Positions 19,053-29,470 of a DNA stretch of 64,000 bases are shown piece by piece. This DNA is from Patescibacteria group bacterium (GTDB lineage: Bacteria; Patescibacteriota; WWE3; UBA101185; UBA10185), in NCBI GenBank assembly GCA_049322215.1, contig JBMORU010000001.1:516023-580022 (forward strand), written 5' to 3'. Within the stretch, counting starts at the first letter, position 1. Each line of letters begins with the position of its first letter. The notes under the pieces are model-generated. The model saw only the letters and a list, made by a program, of their open reading frames with translations, was not told the origin of the DNA and ran no database searches. Position numbers and translations under genes: made by a program.

Positions 19053-19942
19053 ATTTAATGCGTTTTGGAAAGTGGTACTTATTATTTTCTTTATTAATTA
19101 TGCTTCCTGGAATTATTTCTTTGGCAAAATTTGGCTTAAATTTAAGCATAGACTTTACGGGTGGTTCTGTATTTGAGTATTCTTTTACTACTGATTCCAA
19201 ACCATCTACTGAGGAAATAGTAGATCTATTTAGAAAAAATGGGCTAGATGTAAAAAAGGTTAAATATGTAACTGATTCGAGAATTCAATTACAGACTAAT
19301 TCTGTAGATACTACTACTAACGATTTAGTGACCAATGCAGTATTAAATGTTTATCCAAACACAACACAAGACTTATTTGAAACTGTAGGCCCTGCTGTTG
19401 GAAGTGAAACCCAAAGAAAATCATTTATGGCTATTTTTGTTGCAATGTTAGGTATTTTGGTTTACATAGCTTATGCATTTAGAAATATACCCAAGCCCTA
19501 TAAAAGTTACAAATTTGGTGTTTCTGCTTTAGTAGCAATGTTGCATGATGTGTTAGTTGTAGTAGGTATATTTTCAATATTAGGCGTAATTTATGGATAT
19601 GAAGTAGATTCTTTGTTTATTACTGCTTTATTAACAGTAATTGGGTTTTCTGTACATGACTCAATTGTTGTATTTGACCGCGTTAGGGAAAACCTTCTAA
19701 AGCTTTCTAAAACAAGTACATTTGAGAATGTTGTTAATTTTTCTTTAGTTGAAACTTTAAACAGGTCGCTAGCAACTTCATTTACGGTTTTAATTGTGCT
19801 ATTTTCTTTGTTCCTTTTAGGAGGTGCAAGCATAAAAGTTTTTGTTTTAGCCCTTCTCGTCGGAATACTATCTGGCACTTACTCTTCAATATTTACAGCC
19901 TGTCCTATTTTGGTATTGTGGGAACATAGAAATAAAAAATAA
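19049..19942 (+). CDS. secF: protein translocase subunit SecF
   Basis: IDFTGG, A.LHDV, LTVIGFSVHDSIVVFDRVRE, GTYSSIF. Confidence 0.97.
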   Translation: MNLMRFGKWYLLFSLLIMLPGIISLAKFGLNLSIDFTGGSVFEYSFTTDSKPSTEEIVDLFRKNGLDVKKVKYVTDSRIQLQTNSVDTTTNDLVTNAVLNVYPNTTQDLFETVGPAVGSETQRKSFMAIFVAMLGILVYIAYAFRNIPKPYKSYKFGVSALVAMLHDVLVVVGIFSILGVIYGYEVDSLFITALLTVIGFSVHDSIVVFDRVRENLLKLSKTSTFENVVNFSLVETLNRSLATSFTVLIVLFSLFLLGGASIKVFVLALLVGILSGTYSSIFTACPILVLWEHRNKK

Positions 19943-19944
19943 AT

Positions 19945-21600
19945 ATGAACAACTGGAATATACTCCGTACAAAACAAGAATCAGATGAAATATTGGATCT
20001 AATTTTAAGCAACAGAGGTTTATCTGAGAAACAAGCTAGAGAAGATTTTCTAAGTCCGCCTTCTGTAAAAGAACTTCTTAAAAAATTTCCTTTTGAGTTT
20101 AAAAAAGCATTAAAAGATGCAAAAAGAATAGTTACTGAGGCTATAGAAAAGGACATACCGATAGTTATTTATGGTGACTATGATGCAGATGGTGTTTGTG
20201 CTACCGCAATAATGTACAAAACTATTAAATATGAGTTAGCTTACGATAGGTGCTTTTACTTTATACCAAATAGATTTGAGCACGGTTATGGGCTCTCTAA
20301 AAAAGCAATAGATTTAATTTTAAAAAAGGCAAAGTCTGCGTACGATACGGATAATGGCATATTAATGATTACTGTTGATACAGGTATAACAGGTGTTGAA
20401 GAAGTTGCTTATGCTAGAGAATTAAACTTTACTGTAATAGTAACAGACCACCATCAACAACCCGAAGTATTACCTCCTGCTAATTGCATTGTATGGGAAG
20501 ACCAAATAGTAGGCTCTGGCATTGCTTGGATTTTTTCTAGAGTTTTGGGTTCTTCAGATAATACCTTTTTGTCCTTAGCGGCAATAGCAACTGTCACAGA
20601 TTTGCAACCGTTGCTTGGTTTTAACAGATCTCTTGTTAAAAGAGGGCTTGAACTTTTAAACAAAGAGGCTCCTTTAGGAATAAAAGTACTGTTGGAAGAG
20701 TCGGGTACAAATGCCACTGAAATAACAACTTATCATTTGGGTTGGGTTATTGGACCTCGCTTAAATGCTAGTGGTAGATTGGTAGATGCTTCTGAATCAT
20801 TAGATTTATTAATAAGTAGAGATGCTGATAATATTAAGAGTTTGGCATCCCAACTGAATGAAATCAATAATTCCCGTCAAGAGAAAACACAAGAAATGTA
20901 CACTTTAATAGGAAGTTATCGCACTGAATCAGTTCCAAATATAATTATTTCAGATCACGATCAATTTCACGAAGGAATAATAGGTTTAGTTGCCTCAAAG
21001 CTAGTACAAAAATACTATCGACCAAGCATTGTTATAAGTACCTCAGAGGAAATTGGTAAAGGGTCTGCTCGTTCCATACCCGGGATAAACATAATTGAAA
21101 CATTAAGAAAATTTGATAACTTGTTTTTAAACTTAGGGGGACATCCCATGGCGGCTGGATTTTCGATTGAAAAAAATAATATCTTAGAGCTTAAAGAATC
21201 GCTGTTAAATTATGCTTTGATAGAGTTTACTGCGGAACAATTAATTCCAGAACTTACAGTAGATGTGGAATTACCTTTTGAAAGTATTGAGGATCATTTT
21301 TTGAACGATTTAGAGGAGCTTAAACCATATGGTATTGGAAATAAGGAACCTTTGTTTTTATCAAGAAAACTGGGAGTGTTAGATATAAGGTGGGTAGGGA
21401 AAACTGGAGCACACTTATCTTTGAAGTTGTTTTCTAAAGGCATTACCAGAAAGGCAGTTTTTTTTGGAGCTAAGGAACATAAAGTTGCTGCTTTATTGAA
21501 GGAAGGTGATTTAATAGACGCAGTGTTTAAAATTGAACGCAACGATTTTAATGGTAGAAGTTATTTAAATATTCAAATAGTTGACTTAAGATTTAATTAA
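19945..21600 (+). CDS. recJ: ssDNA exonuclease RecJ
   Basis: GDYDADG, PNRFEHGYG, TDHH, PRLNASGR, GSARS, GGHPMAAG. Confidence 0.97.
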   Translation: MNNWNILRTKQESDEILDLILSNRGLSEKQAREDFLSPPSVKELLKKFPFEFKKALKDAKRIVTEAIEKDIPIVIYGDYDADGVCATAIMYKTIKYELAYDRCFYFIPNRFEHGYGLSKKAIDLILKKAKSAYDTDNGILMITVDTGITGVEEVAYARELNFTVIVTDHHQQPEVLPPANCIVWEDQIVGSGIAWIFSRVLGSSDNTFLSLAAIATVTDLQPLLGFNRSLVKRGLELLNKEAPLGIKVLLEESGTNATEITTYHLGWVIGPRLNASGRLVDASESLDLLISRDADNIKSLASQLNEINNSRQEKTQEMYTLIGSYRTESVPNIIISDHDQFHEGIIGLVASKLVQKYYRPSIVISTSEEIGKGSARSIPGINIIETLRKFDNLFLNLGGHPMAAGFSIEKNNILELKESLLNYALIEFTAEQLIPELTVDVELPFESIEDHFLNDLEELKPYGIGNKEPLFLSRKLGVLDIRWVGKTGAHLSLKLFSKGITRKAVFFGAKEHKVAALLKEGDLIDAVFKIERNDFNGRSYLNIQIVDLRFN

Positions 21601-21626
21601 CCTGACTTTTATGCTAAAATTTCACA

Positions 21627-21806
21627 AACAGTAAATGCAAAAGAGACCGCTATGCGGGGTGACGCTCTTTAAACAATGTTATGCAGTCTGCTGAAAAGGC
21701 AGAACGGGTATGCCCGTAATAGCTTAAATTAAGTAGTCCTTGTGGGCAAGAGAAGGTTGGCACCTTCCATGAAAATGGAACCTCTCGCATATGCGGGAGT
21801 TTTTTT
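21627..21806 (+). promoter_or_regulatory. T-box riboswitch (Asp specifier) with terminator, upstream of aspS
   Basis: -10 TGcTAAAAT (21612-20); stem AAAGAG/CTCTTT enclosing GAC (21661-63); TCTGC/GCAGA stem II; T-box TGGCACC (21758-64); TTCCAT/ATGGAA; terminator CTCTCGC/GCGGGAG + T7. Confidence 0.8.
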
Positions 21807-21855
21807 GTATTAAGCTTAAAAACTTCTTGTAAAAGTACTTATTTAGAAGGAAATT

Positions 21856-23157
21856 ATGTCAAAAGAGCAAAAAAGGATAATGATTTCTGCCCTCAAAGAA
21901 AAAGTGGGCGAGCAAGTAGTTATAAAGGGTTTTGTACACGTAATACGAAATCAGGGAAAAATTAAGTTTGTGATTATACGAGATATTTCTGGTCAAGTGC
22001 AGTGTGTAGTGCTCAAGGATTCCACTGCATTTAATGTTGTGGACTCATTAAGCCATGAATATGTAGTTGAAGTGCACGGTTTAGTAAAAGAAGAAAAACA
22101 AGCTCCAGGGGGCTTTGAAATTGAAACAAAGGAAATTATTGTTTTATCCGAGGCTGACCCACAGCTTCCTATTCCCGTAATAGTTGAAAAAGGTGGTGAA
22201 GAACCAGAAACTGCAAAAAGATTTGATTATAGATGGTTAGATTTACGTAGAGAAGAAAAAAGGAAGATATTTGAAGTATGGACCTCGCTAGAAAAAGGTT
22301 TTAGGGACTTCATAAACGATAGTGGTTATATTCAGGTTTACACGCCGTCTTTAATGATGTCTCCAAGTGAGTCTGGATCCGAGGTGTTTGAAGTAAAATA
22401 TTTTGATCGTTTAGCTTATTTGGCGCAATCGCCTCAATTTTACAAGCAGCTAGGTATGGCCGCCGGATTCGAAAAAGTTTTTATGATTGGCCCTGTTTTT
22501 AGAGCTGAACCTTCATTTACAACTAGGCACATGACTGAATTTACTGGGTGGGATTTTGAATTATCTTACATAGAATCTCACCACGACGTAATGGATGAGG
22601 AAGAAAAAATGCTCATAGCAGGTTTTACTCGTTTAAAAAACGAAGCTTTAGTTGATGTCGAAATTCCTTCAAGACCTTTTCCTAGAATCACTATGAAAGA
22701 GGCTAAAGAAAAATTGAAAAAAGCAGGAATTCTCGGCGATAAAGAGCACGACTTAAGTCCGGAAGAAGAACGTGAAATAAGCAACATAGTAAAAGAAGAA
22801 ACAGGACATGATTTTGTATTTCTAATTGATTGGGATATTAGTATACGTCCTTTTTATCACATGCGTCATGAAGATAATAAATCGTTAACAAAGAGCTTTG
22901 ACTTATTGTATAAAGGATTAGAAATAACAACAGGTGCTCAACGTGAGCATAGGGCTGATGTATTAATAGCGCAGGCCAAAGAAAAAGGTATGGAATTAAG
23001 CGAAATTGATTACTATATTGAATTTTTCAGGTATGGATGTCCTCCACATGGTGGGGGTGGAATAGGCCCCGGAAGAATAATTATGCAGTTATTAGATTTG
23101 CCAAGTGTAAAAGAAGCGACTTACTTACCTAGAGATGTGAAGCGCTTAGCTCCTTAG
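21856..23157 (+). CDS. aspS: aspartate-tRNA ligase, archaeal-type, probably non-discriminating
   Basis: 433 aa without GAD insert; LAQSPQFYKQ, GPVFRAE, RH.TEF, YGCPPHGG.GIG; GFVH and APGGFE. Confidence 0.93.
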   Translation: MSKEQKRIMISALKEKVGEQVVIKGFVHVIRNQGKIKFVIIRDISGQVQCVVLKDSTAFNVVDSLSHEYVVEVHGLVKEEKQAPGGFEIETKEIIVLSEADPQLPIPVIVEKGGEEPETAKRFDYRWLDLRREEKRKIFEVWTSLEKGFRDFINDSGYIQVYTPSLMMSPSESGSEVFEVKYFDRLAYLAQSPQFYKQLGMAAGFEKVFMIGPVFRAEPSFTTRHMTEFTGWDFELSYIESHHDVMDEEEKMLIAGFTRLKNEALVDVEIPSRPFPRITMKEAKEKLKKAGILGDKEHDLSPEEEREISNIVKEETGHDFVFLIDWDISIRPFYHMRHEDNKSLTKSFDLLYKGLEITTGAQREHRADVLIAQAKEKGMELSEIDYYIEFFRYGCPPHGGGGIGPGRIIMQLLDLPSVKEATYLPRDVKRLAP

Positions 23158-23158
23158 A

Positions 23159-23617
23159 ATGGAAGTATTAAATAAAATAAAAGCACTCTTAAGCGAATAT
23201 GAAATTCAGTATGAACTGCTTCAGCATGAAGCAGTTCATACAAGTGCTGACGCTGCAAAAATACGAGATACTGATATTTCTATGGGAGCAAAGGCGTTAA
23301 TATTTTATGCTGATGGATCAAATATTTTGCTTGTAGTTCCGGGAAATGAGCGAGTGAATACTAAAAAGTTTAAAAAACAGTTAAACGTAAAAGACATGTA
23401 TATGCTGCATCCCGATGAAGTTCACAAAATCACTGGTTTAAAGGTAGGTTCTATACCACCTTTGGGTAAAATACTAGGGCTTAAGTCATATTTTGATATT
23501 TCATTTAAAGAAAAGGACAAAGTTGCATTTAATGCAGGCTCTTTAACCCATTCAATTGTTATGCAGGCATCTGATTTACTTAAAGTTGAGAATCCTCGGA
23601 TTTTGGAGATTACATGA
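23159..23617 (+). CDS. YbaK/ProX-family aminoacyl-tRNA deacylase
   Basis: H..V.TS.DAA, GAKALI, G.IPPLG, FNAG. Confidence 0.88.
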   Translation: MEVLNKIKALLSEYEIQYELLQHEAVHTSADAAKIRDTDISMGAKALIFYADGSNILLVVPGNERVNTKKFKKQLNVKDMYMLHPDEVHKITGLKVGSIPPLGKILGLKSYFDISFKEKDKVAFNAGSLTHSIVMQASDLLKVENPRILEIT

Positions 23618-24657
23618 GTTTCGGAATAAAAATACGCATTTGGTTTATTTTAGGCATGTTACGTGTTTTGTTGTTAATTGAGTACCTTGGAACTTTTCCT
23701 GAACGCTTATTATCAAGCAGTTCTCGCTTAATTGCTTATGCAATAATAGTAATTTCCTTATTTACCGGATTTTATTTAGAAACTAAAAATGCGGGTGATT
23801 TTATTTACTACTATACTCCGAAACATCACCACGGAAGCATTCAGAAGGTTTTAGGTGCTTCAAAAGTAACCTTACCTATCAAAATTAGTGAAAACAGTCT
23901 TCCTGACTTTGATGCTCAGGCAATATATGCAGTTGATATAGTAAATAATCAAGTTTTGGTAAGTAATAATATATATACCAAACTTCCACCTGCTTCAACC
24001 GCAAAGTTGTTAACAGCTTTAGTATCTTTAGATATATACAGGATAGATGAAATAATTGTAGTTCCTGAGTTGTGTACTTTAGTTGAAAGTCAAAAAGCAG
24101 GTTTATACGCATTTGAGAGCCTTTCTGTAGCTGACTTACTTGATCTATTGCTTATTGGATCTGCAGGAGATGCTGCATGTACTTTATCAGTGGGTAAAAT
24201 ATCTCAAGAAGAATTTGTTGTAAAAATGAACCAAAAAGCTCAAGTATTAGGGTTAAAAAATTCTAACTTTACCAACCCCGTAGGTTTAGATGATGAACTT
24301 GGCAACAATTATTCTACTGCCTATGATTTATATTTGCTTTCTAAAGCAGCTATTTCTGATGATTATATTAAGCAAATTGTTGTTAAAAAAGAAGTAAGCG
24401 TACTTACGAGTTTAGAACGCGCTGTTTACATGAATACCACTAACGATCTTCTCTTAGAAATTCCCCAAACTTTAGGTATAAAAACAGGACGCACTACAGG
24501 TGCTGGTGAGGTTTTATCCTACATGTATGGTGACGAAAAAAAGAAGATAATAATAATTGTTATGGGTAGTGCTAACAGAGCGCAAACTACAAAACAGATA
24601 CTTTCATGGATCCTAGAAAATTATAGTTGGGAACTGCCTACTGAAGAATCAAAATAA
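23614..24657 (+). CDS. D-alanyl-D-alanine carboxypeptidase-like protein (peptidase S11)
   Basis: PASTAK (SxxK), F.NP.GLD, STAYDL, KTG.T..AG; SxN reads SAG. Confidence 0.88.
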   Translation: MSFGIKIRIWFILGMLRVLLLIEYLGTFPERLLSSSSRLIAYAIIVISLFTGFYLETKNAGDFIYYYTPKHHHGSIQKVLGASKVTLPIKISENSLPDFDAQAIYAVDIVNNQVLVSNNIYTKLPPASTAKLLTALVSLDIYRIDEIIVVPELCTLVESQKAGLYAFESLSVADLLDLLLIGSAGDAACTLSVGKISQEEFVVKMNQKAQVLGLKNSNFTNPVGLDDELGNNYSTAYDLYLLSKAAISDDYIKQIVVKKEVSVLTSLERAVYMNTTNDLLLEIPQTLGIKTGRTTGAGEVLSYMYGDEKKKIIIIVMGSANRAQTTKQILSWILENYSWELPTEESK

Positions 24658-25803
24658 GGGGTCGTCGCTACCTGAGTTGTTAGTAGAATTCTCTTTAATG
24701 TAACTGCCGTCTAATGCAGGGAAATATATAACAATATCTCCCTCATCCCCACTTGAAATATAATTTCCCTCAAATACATATATAGGTTGCAAGTATTTTT
24801 GTGGTTTTTTACTGTCGTAGTAGGCTATATATATTTTGTTTATTAGTACCCTTTCTACCCTTAGGGGTTTGTATTCTTCAAATGGGCTTTTGTCATTTGA
24901 TGTAACGCTTGCAATCACTCCTTGCCCTGAAGAAACAGCATTCCATGCTTCGGTAACAGAAATAATGGGGTACGTCGCGTTTGATGTTGGGTTGATTTCC
25001 CAATAATTGGCCTTAACGTTTAAAAAATCTACATTACCTCTTCCTCGCATGCCTAAAGTAACGGTCATTAGTCCTTCTGTTGGGTCAGGTCCTAAAATAG
25101 GATATGTTTTAATCTTTCTTGTAAAATCCACTTTTGCTATTTGTGCGTCTAGTGCAGTGCTTGTTTCTAAAATTTCTCCTCTTACAAATTTGCCTAAAGT
25201 TACATTTTTAGATCCTTCAATATAAAGCTCATCTTCATATCTGTTTAGGTTAGTAACTAACTCCTCAGCCACTTTAATTGCTTCCTGTGCCGTTAAAATA
25301 CCTGTAGGGTAAAGAGTTCCTTTATTGGTGAGGTTAGTTATCTTTTCTAGTTCCCCTGTGTTTATTATTATTTCTAACTCGCTTCCAAATTGCGCATTTC
25401 TCCATGTATATACATCGCCCTCTAAGTTAGATGTCAGATCTGCATCGGTGAAGCCCAAAACACTTGCATCTCGTTGGGCATCTTTGCCTGCCGAAAAGGA
25501 AAATCCCGATTCTACGTATGTATATACTGTAAGTTTTTCAGGGATATTTCCTGGAAGCCTTCCTGACTGTGTGTTTAATTCAAATCTGATAGTTGGGTTA
25601 ACTACTCTTTTTTCAATAAATTCTAGGGGTTCTAGCAAACCAAAAATTGGTGTAGGTGGATCATCCGGAGGAAATAAACTTAAATAAATTTTTTGTAGTC
25701 CTGGCCTTGATATATAGAAGACAATAAGCAAAAGCACAAATATAATTGTGCCGGCAATAATCTTTCGTGCCACAGAAGACATTTGTACTAAATTCATAGA
25801 CAT
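24649..25803 (-). CDS. membrane-anchored extracellular hypothetical protein
   Basis: Single N-terminal TM; C-terminal IAYYD....YLQPIYVF; TGgTAAGAT-N7-ATG upstream. Confidence 0.8.
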   Translation of the reverse strand: MSMNLVQMSSVARKIIAGTIIFVLLLIVFYISRPGLQKIYLSLFPPDDPPTPIFGLLEPLEFIEKRVVNPTIRFELNTQSGRLPGNIPEKLTVYTYVESGFSFSAGKDAQRDASVLGFTDADLTSNLEGDVYTWRNAQFGSELEIIINTGELEKITNLTNKGTLYPTGILTAQEAIKVAEELVTNLNRYEDELYIEGSKNVTLGKFVRGEILETSTALDAQIAKVDFTRKIKTYPILGPDPTEGLMTVTLGMRGRGNVDFLNVKANYWEINPTSNATYPIISVTEAWNAVSSGQGVIASVTSNDKSPFEEYKPLRVERVLINKIYIAYYDSKKPQKYLQPIYVFEGNYISSGDEGDIVIYFPALDGSYIKENSTNNSGSDDPLF

Positions 25804-25846
25804 CAAAGCTATCTTACCACAGTAGTAAGTGTGTTAAAATGCCCAT

Positions 25847-27313
25847 ATGAAAGTAAGAACTAGAATGGCACCAAGCCCTACCGGTGGGTTTCATATTGGA
25901 GGTATGCGTACCTTACTGTATGATTTAGCACTTGCCCGCCATTACAATGGGAAATTTATTTTACGAATAGAAGATACAGATCAGAATAGGTATGTAGAAG
26001 GTGCCGTAGAAGAGTTATTAAATCTTTTAAAAGATATGGACATATCTTACGATGAGGGTCCTGTTGTAGGTGGCCCGCATGCGCCCTATGTTCAGTCTGA
26101 GCGTAAAGACATTTATAAAAAGTATGCCCAAAAATTAGTTGACTCCGAACATGCATATTATTGTTTTTGTACTTCTGAGCGTTTGGCTACTTTGCGAAAA
26201 GAGCAACAAGAAAATAAACAACCCACCCGATATGATAGGCATTGTTTAAGTCTATCAAAAGAGCAAGTAACTTCTAACTTGGAATCTAATATGCCCTACA
26301 CAATTAGGTTTAAAATGCCTCACGGTGAAAAAGTGTTTTTTAAAGATATGGTATATGGAGATTTAACCTTTGAGGCCGCTGAACTAGATGATCAAATTTT
26401 GCTCAAATCGGATGGTTTTCCAACTTACCATCTAGCGGTTGTTGTAGATGACCACCTTATGGATATTACTCATATACTAAGAGGCAATGACTGGTTACCT
26501 TCTACCCCTAAGCACATACTGTTATATAAAGCCTTTGGTTGGGATATTCCGGTGCATGCTCATTTACCTAATTTAAAAGAAGCTGGTGAATCCAAAAAAC
26601 TTTCTAAAAGGCATGGTGCTGTTTTAGTTGAACAATTTTTGGAAGAGGGTTATTTACCTTCGGCACTCCTTAATTTTTTAATGTTTCTAGGGTGGAACCC
26701 GGGAACAGACCGGGAAATTTACTCCCTTGAAGAGTTTTATTCAGACTTTACTGTAGAAAGACTACACAAAACAGACTTGGTTGTTTTTGATAGGCAAAAA
26801 CTTTTATGGCTAAATGGCCAGTATATTAGAAACCTTTTACCCGTAGACTTGTTTAATGAAGTCAAAAAGTGGGCAGATAGAACAAATACGCTTATATACG
26901 GGGAAAATGCTAATTCTGAGTATATTTTTGCAGCGTTAAGCTTGGTTCAAGAAAGAATGAAGCTTTTATCTGAGTACAATGAATTAACGCATTATTTTTA
27001 TAAAAAGCCTACTGTAGATAAAATGCTATTGATTAAACAAGCAAAAGATTCTAAAAGAGCAAACAATATACTAACTGAGTTGAGTAATATTCTTCAAGAA
27101 TGCAGCGATACCTGGAACATTCAGACTTTACACGATAAATGTTACGAATATGTGCAAGATTCAGATTATAAACCTAAAGAAGCATTTATGACTCTTCGTG
27201 TTGCCATTACTGGAGAAGTTGCTTCCCCTCCCATTTTCGATGTTATACACTTGTTAGGTTCTCAAGAAACTATTTCCAGGATTGGTTTAGCTCAAGAACT
27301 TCTTGAAAGTTAG
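25847..27313 (+). CDS. gltX: glutamate-tRNA ligase
   Basis: RMAPSPTG.FHIGG, LRIEDTD, KSDGFPTYH, KKLSKR. Confidence 0.97.
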   Translation: MKVRTRMAPSPTGGFHIGGMRTLLYDLALARHYNGKFILRIEDTDQNRYVEGAVEELLNLLKDMDISYDEGPVVGGPHAPYVQSERKDIYKKYAQKLVDSEHAYYCFCTSERLATLRKEQQENKQPTRYDRHCLSLSKEQVTSNLESNMPYTIRFKMPHGEKVFFKDMVYGDLTFEAAELDDQILLKSDGFPTYHLAVVVDDHLMDITHILRGNDWLPSTPKHILLYKAFGWDIPVHAHLPNLKEAGESKKLSKRHGAVLVEQFLEEGYLPSALLNFLMFLGWNPGTDREIYSLEEFYSDFTVERLHKTDLVVFDRQKLLWLNGQYIRNLLPVDLFNEVKKWADRTNTLIYGENANSEYIFAALSLVQERMKLLSEYNELTHYFYKKPTVDKMLLIKQAKDSKRANNILTELSNILQECSDTWNIQTLHDKCYEYVQDSDYKPKEAFMTLRVAITGEVASPPIFDVIHLLGSQETISRIGLAQELLES

Positions 27314-27361
27314 TTTGAGAACTCTTTAAATTAGTTTTATTATATTAAGTAGAAGTTAATT

Positions 27362-28918
27362 ATGGATACTACTGTGGTTACTGTTAAGAAAAATACTTTA
27401 CTCGACGCTATTACGCCCCAATATTTGGAGTTGACTCTAAAAGAATTGGGTGAGGAAGATGTGAAAAAAGTAATAAGAGGTAGATTTGTAAATTTAGGAT
27501 ACACTCAATACGGTTATGATGTTTCTAGTTTATCTTACTCTGAAAAAGTCTCACTAATATCTGTATTATTAGGTTTGAGCAAAGCCAAGTACGGTGGTGA
27601 AATTGCAAGTGTTAAGCTTCAAGATTTAATTATTGCTGTTAGAGACCGTTTAGGTGCAGATAATGACTATATTTCGTTGTTACAGGATTTACCAGCAGGT
27701 ATTTTTGAAGAACAGAAAATAAAAGTTTTATCAAGAGAAGCATTAGAAGAAACAGCACTTAAGATATTAAAAGAATTAAGAGAAACTAAGGAGTCATTGA
27801 GTAATAGTGTGCGCGAAAGCACTGTTGAACTTGCAACCAAAAAAGACACGTTAGAGGCTATTTTATACAATACAAGTGATGGAGTATTTGCTTTAGATAC
27901 AAATAACAAAATAATTACCTTTAATAAAGCAATGGAAGAAATGACGGGTTATGAAGCAGGCGAGGTAATAGGCGCTTCTGTTGATAATATTGTTCGTCTC
28001 TTTGAAGATGAAACACCAGTTACAAGTGATGTGTTTAGTCCCAAGCTCAATCGTGTAGTTGAACGAAATGTTTACGTTAACAATAGACTTACTTTGATAT
28101 CAAAAAGTGGCGTTAAGAAGTTTGTTAGACTAGTTAGTTCTGTTACAGGTGAAGCAACTTCTGTAGATTTAGGCTGCATTATAACTTTAACCGACATTAC
28201 CAAAGAACTAGAACTTGAAACAATGAAAATGGATTTTGTTTCTATTGCTGCGCATGAGTTACGCACCCCGCTTACTTCGATGCGTGGATTTTTGGCTTTA
28301 TTAAACGATGGCTTAAATGATGGTTCTATAAACGAAGAGTATTTACAGTATTTACAAAAAATTATTGTAGGGGCAGACAAGTTATATTCTCTAGTAGAAA
28401 ACTTACTTAATATTTCTAGGATAGAGCGTGGTACCTTGAAAATAGCGCGCATAGAAACAGAATGGTTACCAATTGTAGATGGTACTATTCATTTGTTTGA
28501 TGAAGCCGCTCAAAATGCAGGTGTCGATTTGTCTTTCGTAAGACCAAATAAGCAGTTGTCGAAGGTTTTAGTGGACACTACTCTTATTTCAGAAGTTGTA
28601 TCAAACTTGGTAGATAATTCTATTAAAAATACCCCAACAGGGGGACGCGTTTCAGTTTTAGTTGATGAAATAGGTGACGAAATAGTAACCTATGTTAAGG
28701 ATACAGGTATAGGAATACCCCCGGAAGCAATTCCTCATCTTTTTAAGAAATTTTACAGAGTTTCAAATGACCTTCATGAAGGCAGTAAAGGTACTGGGTT
28801 AGGTTTATTTATTTCTAAAGAAATTGTTACTATGCATGGGGGCAAAATTAAGGTAGAAAGCGAGTTAAACAAAGGTAGCACTTTTAGTTTTACATTACCT
28901 ATTAAAAAGTCTGCATAA
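27362..28918 (+). CDS. cytoplasmic PAS sensor histidine kinase
   Basis: PAS (DGVFALD...FNKA.E.MTGY), H-box [26 protein letters not shown]; no TM. Confidence 0.95.
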   Translation: MDTTVVTVKKNTLLDAITPQYLELTLKELGEEDVKKVIRGRFVNLGYTQYGYDVSSLSYSEKVSLISVLLGLSKAKYGGEIASVKLQDLIIAVRDRLGADNDYISLLQDLPAGIFEEQKIKVLSREALEETALKILKELRETKESLSNSVRESTVELATKKDTLEAILYNTSDGVFALDTNNKIITFNKAMEEMTGYEAGEVIGASVDNIVRLFEDETPVTSDVFSPKLNRVVERNVYVNNRLTLISKSGVKKFVRLVSSVTGEATSVDLGCIITLTDITKELELETMKMDFVSIAAHELRTPLTSMRGFLALLNDGLNDGSINEEYLQYLQKIIVGADKLYSLVENLLNISRIERGTLKIARIETEWLPIVDGTIHLFDEAAQNAGVDLSFVRPNKQLSKVLVDTTLISEVVSNLVDNSIKNTPTGGRVSVLVDEIGDEIVTYVKDTGIGIPPEAIPHLFKKFYRVSNDLHEGSKGTGLGLFISKEIVTMHGGKIKVESELNKGSTFSFTLPIKKSA

Positions 28919-28940
28919 TTTGATATTATAATGTAAGTAT

Positions 28941-29366
28941 ATGGCAGAACAGAAAAAAATATTTTTAATTGAAGATGAAGTTTTTATAAGAGACCTTTAT
29001 AAAAAGATTCTTACCGATGCAGGGTACGCTGTAAAAACAGCAAATGATGGTGAAGAGGCTCTTGAGGTATTAAAGACTGATGAAGTTTTTGATCTTATTT
29101 TGTTGGATATTATGCTACCCAAGTTAACTGGCTTAGAAGTTTTGCGCGCTTTACGAGAAGGAGAGGCTAGTGTTGGTAACACACCAATTTATTTGCTAAC
29201 TAATTTAGGTGAAGACAATATTATAAACGAAGCTTATAGATTAGGTGCCGACGGATACTTGTTAAAGGCAAAATATTTACCTCGTCAATTAGTCGAAGAA
29301 ATTGATAAGTTTTTTGTTAAATCTACTGGGGCAGGTATTGTAGATTTAAGTGCTTCTTCTGAGTAA
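28941..29366 (+). CDS. single-domain response regulator (receiver)
   Basis: IEDE, LLDIMLP, LTN, GADGYLLK; no output domain. Confidence 0.93.
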   Translation: MAEQKKIFLIEDEVFIRDLYKKILTDAGYAVKTANDGEEALEVLKTDEVFDLILLDIMLPKLTGLEVLRALREGEASVGNTPIYLLTNLGEDNIINEAYRLGADGYLLKAKYLPRQLVEEIDKFFVKSTGAGIVDLSASSE

Positions 29367-29470
29367 TTCTATTTTTAATAGAAAGAAGCCTATTGTTTGC
29401 AAACTTTTTCTTGCTATATATTTGTAATACACTTAACTGCTCCTTGTACGTAATAAATTTTGGAGGATAA

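Noticed and set aside
29367-29470. LexA box upstream of recA
   Set aside because: No GAAC-N4-GTTC or CTGT-N8-ACAG. The GTTTGCAAAC palindrome is short and overlaps a probable -35.
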